Shown piece after piece: positions 49,275 through 53,430 of a stretch of DNA of 53,430 bases. Numbering within the stretch: position 1 is the first letter of the stretch; each line of letters opens with the position of its first letter. The notes under the pieces are model-generated. The model did no database searches. It worked only from the letters and a program-made list of their open reading frames with translations, and was not told where the DNA came from. Source of the DNA: a virus (Duplodnaviria > Caudoviricetes); the IMG/VR virus record IMGVR_UViG_3300042312_000048, positions 1 to 53,430 of that record; one strand, given 5' to 3'. The position numbers and the translations under genes are program-made.

Positions 49275-52200
49275 ATGACACGCATTAGAACTTTAGATTT
49301 TCTACCAGAAATTTTTCAAACGCCAACAAATGAGCAATTTTTGTCGGCTACCCTTGATCAATTGGTAAATCCACCTGTAACACGTAAGATACAAGGTTTC
49401 GTTGGTAGCACTATAGGTTATGGTGTAAATGCTAATGATTTTTATGTAACTGAACCTACTAAAGTTAGAAAAGATTATCAATTAGAGCCGGGTGTAGTAT
49501 TCTTAAAGAATAATCAGGGCAAAGCAAATGATTTTTTAAGTTATCCAGGAATACTAGATGCATTAAAACTTCAGTATGGATTAACAAATAATAATAATGA
49601 TTTATTTGAAAGTCAATTTTATAGTTGGGATAGTTTTACAGACCTAGATAAAATTATAAACTTCAATCAATACTATTGGTTACCACAAGGACCTCCTGCT
49701 GTAGTAGTTACAAACGAAGTTGTGTACCTTGAAAATCAATATGATGTGGTTAGCGCAGAAAATTCATATCAAATTAAGCCATTGGGAGCAACTGCATATT
49801 CTGATAATCCTACGCTTACTTTGATACGCGGTGGCACTTATACTTTTAATGTAAATCAAGACTCTCAATTTTGGATTCAAGGCGCTCCCGGAATAAACGG
49901 CACTAGTTTAACACAACCTAACTTTAGTGTAAGACTAACAGAATTAGGTGGAGTGATCAATAACGGCGCAGAATCAGGAACAATAACCTTTAATGTTCCT
50001 GCAAAAGATGCAATGGACCAATACAATTATGAAGCAGGAGTAGGTGTACCTGCATTCGTAGTATCAACAAAAAGTATAGAACAAATTCAAAATTTACCAT
50101 TGAGCCAAGTAGGAAATATTGACGGCGTTACTGCATTAAACGGCATCAATATTCTATTTTATAATGCTGATACTGAAACTATCACGGGAACTTTCCCATC
50201 AGATAATTTCTATAAAATCACATATGATTATAGTTCAAGTCCTGTAGACCCAATCGTTACTCTAGCACCTGATGCTGTAATCTACAACGAAGAAAAAATA
50301 ACTCCTTCATATGGTTCTACTTATATAGGCATTGGTTTTGTCAAAACAACTTCAATTGCACCTATTCCGTTTATTTCAGCACCATTGGATACACTGTATT
50401 ATCAAGATAGTGTGAATCCGAACAAAGTAGGTATTATAAAATTAATTGAAAATAATGATTTAAACACTCTTGACGTAGAGACTCAGATATTAGGTAAAAA
50501 ATCATTTACTTCATCAAATGGAATTAAGTTTACAAATGGATTAAAAGTATCTTTTAGCGGAGATATTATTCCTACAAGTTATCAACAAGGCGAATATTAT
50601 GTAGAAGGAGTAGGTACAGCAATTGAATTAATTCCTACAACGGCATTATTAATTCCAGAATCTTTTACTACAGATACATCAATTGCGTATGACATGACCA
50701 ATTATGATATTGAAAACTATGACGAGGCTTTAAACTTACCTTTAACTCCCGACTATATTACTATTGCTAGAAATAGTATCAATAAGAATGCTTGGTCACG
50801 CAGTAATAGATGGTTCCATAGTCAAGTAATTAGCGACACAGCAGTTTATAATGGTAATCCAAATATATTAAACCTTGCTAGCAGTTTTAACAAAGCAAAA
50901 AGACCTATACTTGAATTTTATCCTAACTTAAGATTGTTTAACTCTGGCACAGTAGGCAAAGAATCAGTTGACTTTATTGACACTAGAACCACAGACGCAC
51001 TTTCAACTGTAGCAGGGCAAGCAGGTTACTATCCTGATGTCAGCACATACACGGCTTATACAGGATCTATTGCAACAAATCCTACTGTAAATTGCGGAGA
51101 TTTTATAGTAGGTGAACAATATAAAATTGCAAATCTAGGTACCACAGACGTAACGATTTGGGAGCAATTAGGTGCGACACTGGGTGTAGACGGACAATTT
51201 GTTGTCGGTCAAGAGTACATAATCTGGAATCTAGGTAGCACATCACAAGCAGCATGGAACAAAATTGCTGGAACGACCGGTGTCACATACGAATTCAATT
51301 CAACATTTAAATGTGCATATCCAGGTGAGATAATTGGATCTGGTGGAGGTCAGGCATTTAACGTTTTGTTTACTGCATTGATTTCGGGATTACTAAATTC
51401 TTCTGATTTAGTCTCAGGATTACAATATACAATTGTATCTGTAGGCAGCACACTATGGAATAACATTGGTTATGTAGGCACTCCTACAGTAGGTGGAACT
51501 TTTACTGCTACCGCTCCAGCCGTAGGTACGGGTACAGCGATACAGGGTAACGGCACTGCGCTAGCACAAACTAATACTACGATTACTATCCCCACTTCTG
51601 ATATCACAGGTACACTAAGTGCAGGCATGTACATCAATGATCTAATATTAGGAGAACAAAGTAAACTGCCTGTTGGTACACGTATTTTTGATATTATTAG
51701 TGGTACTACAACTACTACAATGACTGTAAATTGGCCAACTCCTACTATAGTATTGCCTACCTCAGGAGACGCAAGTTTTGTAGCAAGTATTAAAAATAAT
51801 GCTGACTTAGCATTGTTTTCAGGTGCAAGAGTTGTATTCTCTGCCGATACTAATCCAGAAGTTTCAAATAAAATTTTTGTAGCCAATTTTTCAACTACGA
51901 TATCTGGTTCATATCCAGTATTAACTTTTACTGAGGCATTAGATGGAGAAATTTTAACTAATGATCAGTTTGCTGTTTTACGTGGACAAAACAATGAAGG
52001 TGTAAGTTGGTATTATGATGAAGATGAGTTAGGTGTATTATTCCATGTGGCTCAACAGAAAATCAAAGTAAATCAACCTCCAAAATTTGATGTGTTTGAT
52101 AAAAACGGTATAAGTTTTGGTGACACTAGCATCTATAAGTCAACCACATTCCAGGGTTGCGAATTGTTTAACTATAAAGTAAATTTAGGTGGGGTTAACG

Positions 52201-53430
52201 ATACTATTTTAGGTTTCCCTATCACGTTTAGTAGTATTAGAAATACAGGAGATATTTCTTTTGAAGTTTCATTAAACGTTGACGAATTCAATTATGTTAC
52301 AGGTTTAGAACAAAATATTACTGAAACAGAAAAAGTTAATACAGGGTATGTTTATAATACGACCGGAAGATTAACTTATGAAAGATTACTAGGATGGCAA
52401 ACTGCGGTTGCCCCAAGCACTCAATATCAAGTATTTGAATTTCCTTACACACCTCCTAATGTTGTTTTAACTTCTTTAGATGCAACAACTTTAGATGTTA
52501 CAGTTACTTGCGATGTTCCACAATTAAATGTTGAAGATACTATATGGCCATCTATTCAAGTCTTTAATAATAATAATCTTATCACTGATTATACTGTACA
52601 AAATACAGAAACAAGCACAAGTGTAACTGTAAATATCCCTGCACTTGAAAAAACAGTAATCCAAGTTTTAATTTTAAGCGATAAAGTAAGTACGCAAGCA
52701 TTTTATACTATCCCTATAAACTTAAGCAACAATCCATTTAATACTGATATTACTTCAGTTGACGTTGGTGATATACGTGGTCAATATCAAAGCATATTCT
52801 ACAATAATCCTGACACTACCGGCGATGTATTTGGAGCAAACAATACACGCGATTTAGGTAATCTTGTACCATGGGGTAATCGCATTATACAAAATAGTGC
52901 AAGTTTAGTAATACCAGGTGCTTTCCTAAGACAAAAAGAGCATAACTTATTTGAAGCACTGTTGTTCAATAGCAGAGAATATGTAAAGTTTAAATCATTA
53001 TTAGTGGATACTGCTAATAAAATAGATTGGCAACAACGTTATGATGCAGGTGCATTATTAGATTATACACTTGATATTATATCAAGTGTCAAAAATCAAG
53101 AGATGCCTTTCTTTTGGTCAGACATGATACCAAACAAGGCTCCTTATATTTCAAACGTCTATAACTTTTTTAATAATATCGGAACTACGACATTTGGTTT
53201 AAGCAAAGTTTATAATTATGAAACAGCAAACTATAATGGTATTTTAGTTTATCTAAAGCGTAAAGTACAGGGAACTACAGTTACAGAGTTATTATATAAA
53301 AATATTGATTATACTGTAAGCAAAGATAGCCCATCACTTACTATCACAAAAGATTTAATTACTGGTGATCAAGTTATCATCAATGAATATAATCAAACTT
53401 ATGGCTCTTATGTTCCTAATACACCAAGTA
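49275..53430 (+). CDS. Giant baseplate wedge/structural protein, gp7-like by position (>1385 aa, truncated; missing from ORF track)
   Basis: ATG 49275, MTRIRTLDFLPEIFQT..N..FL..TLDQL; same frame gives sensible sequence at 51060-51560 and YGSYVPNTPS at the window end; follows gp6. Confidence 0.8.
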   Translation, partial: MTRIRTLDFLPEIFQTPTNEQFLSATLDQLVNPPVTRKIQGFVGSTIGYGVNANDFYVTEPTKVRKDYQLEPGVVFLKNNQGKANDFLSYPGILDALKLQYGLTNNNNDLFESQFYSWDSFTDLDKIINFNQYYWLPQGPPAVVVTNEVVYLENQYDVVSAENSYQIKPLGATAYSDNPTLTLIRGGTYTFNVNQDSQFWIQGAPGINGTSLTQPNFSVRLTELGGVINNGAESGTITFNVPAKDAMDQYNYEAGVGVPAFVVSTKSIEQIQNLPLSQVGNIDGVTALNGINILFYNADTETITGTFPSDNFYKITYDYSSSPVDPIVTLAPDAVIYNEEKITPSYGSTYIGIGFVKTTSIAPIPFISAPLDTLYYQDSVNPNKVGIIKLIENNDLNTLDVETQILGKKSFTSSNGIKFTNGLKVSFSGDIIPTSYQQGEYYVEGVGTAIELIPTTALLIPESFTTDTSIAYDMTNYDIENYDEALNLPLTPDYITIARNSINKNAWSRSNRWFHSQVISDTAVYNGNPNILNLASSFNKAKRPILEFYPNLRLFNSGTVGKESVDFIDTRTTDALSTVAGQAGYYPDVSTYTAYTGSIATNPTVNCGDFIVGEQYKIANLGTTDVTIWEQLGATLGVDGQFVVGQEYIIWNLGSTSQAAWNKIAGTTGVTYEFNSTFKCAYPGEIIGSGGGQAFNVLFTALISGLLNSSDLVSGLQYTIVSVGSTLWNNIGYVGTPTVGGTFTATAPAVGTGTAIQGNGTALAQTNTTITIPTSDITGTLSAGMYINDLILGEQSKLPVGTRIFDIISGTTTTTMTVNWPTPTIVLPTSGDASFVASIKNNADLALFSGARVVFSADTNPEVSNKIFVANFSTTISGSYPVLTFTEALDGEILTNDQFAVLRGQNNEGVSWYYDEDELGVLFHVAQQKIKVNQPPKFDVFDKNGISFGDTSIYKSTTFQGCELFNYKVNLGGVNDTILGFPITFSSIRNTGDISFEVSLNVDEFNYVTGLEQNITETEKVNTGYVYNTTGRLTYERLLGWQTAVAPSTQYQVFEFPYTPPNVVLTSLDATTLDVTVTCDVPQLNVEDTIWPSIQVFNNNNLITDYTVQNTETSTSVTVNIPALEKTVIQVLILSDKVSTQAFYTIPINLSNNPFNTDITSVDVGDIRGQYQSIFYNNPDTTGDVFGANNTRDLGNLVPWGNRIIQNSASLVIPGAFLRQKEHNLFEALLFNSREYVKFKSLLVDTANKIDWQQRYDAGALLDYTLDIISSVKNQEMPFFWSDMIPNKAPYISNVYNFFNNIGTTTFGLSKVYNYETANYNGILVYLKRKVQGTTVTELLYKNIDYTVSKDSPSLTITKDLITGDQVIINEYNQTYGSYVPNTPS

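Overview
A 53.4 kb, AT-rich segment of a large T4-like (contractile-tailed) phage genome; standard code 11, and no tRNA, CRISPR, integrase or transposase seen. Left to right: six paralogous Asn/Thr/Gly-rich fibre-like structural genes (minus strand, first one truncated); a degenerate HNH/zinc-finger gene; the head module (gp23, gp22, gp21, core proteins, gp20); a tape-measure-like gene with an M15-type peptidase motif; divergent gp26/gp51-like tail chaperones with a -1 slippery site; a ~420 bp highly structured non-coding region; an Hjc-type resolvase, radical SAM + SDR pair, gp46, gp47, gp55; and a plus-strand baseplate module (gp48/54-like, gp53, hub, gp5, gp25, gp6, truncated giant gp7-like gene). 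T4-type late promoter boxes precede most structural genes. The two strongest leads are (1) TonB-box-like motifs in disordered arms of tail-tip proteins, suggesting use of the host TonB motor during entry, and (2) a sigma70-type promoter, a ~340 nt structured RNA, an AT-rich tract and strand-specific G-A ssDNA hairpins arranged like a ColE1-type RNA-primed origin. All assignments come from motif recognition by eye; no searches were run.
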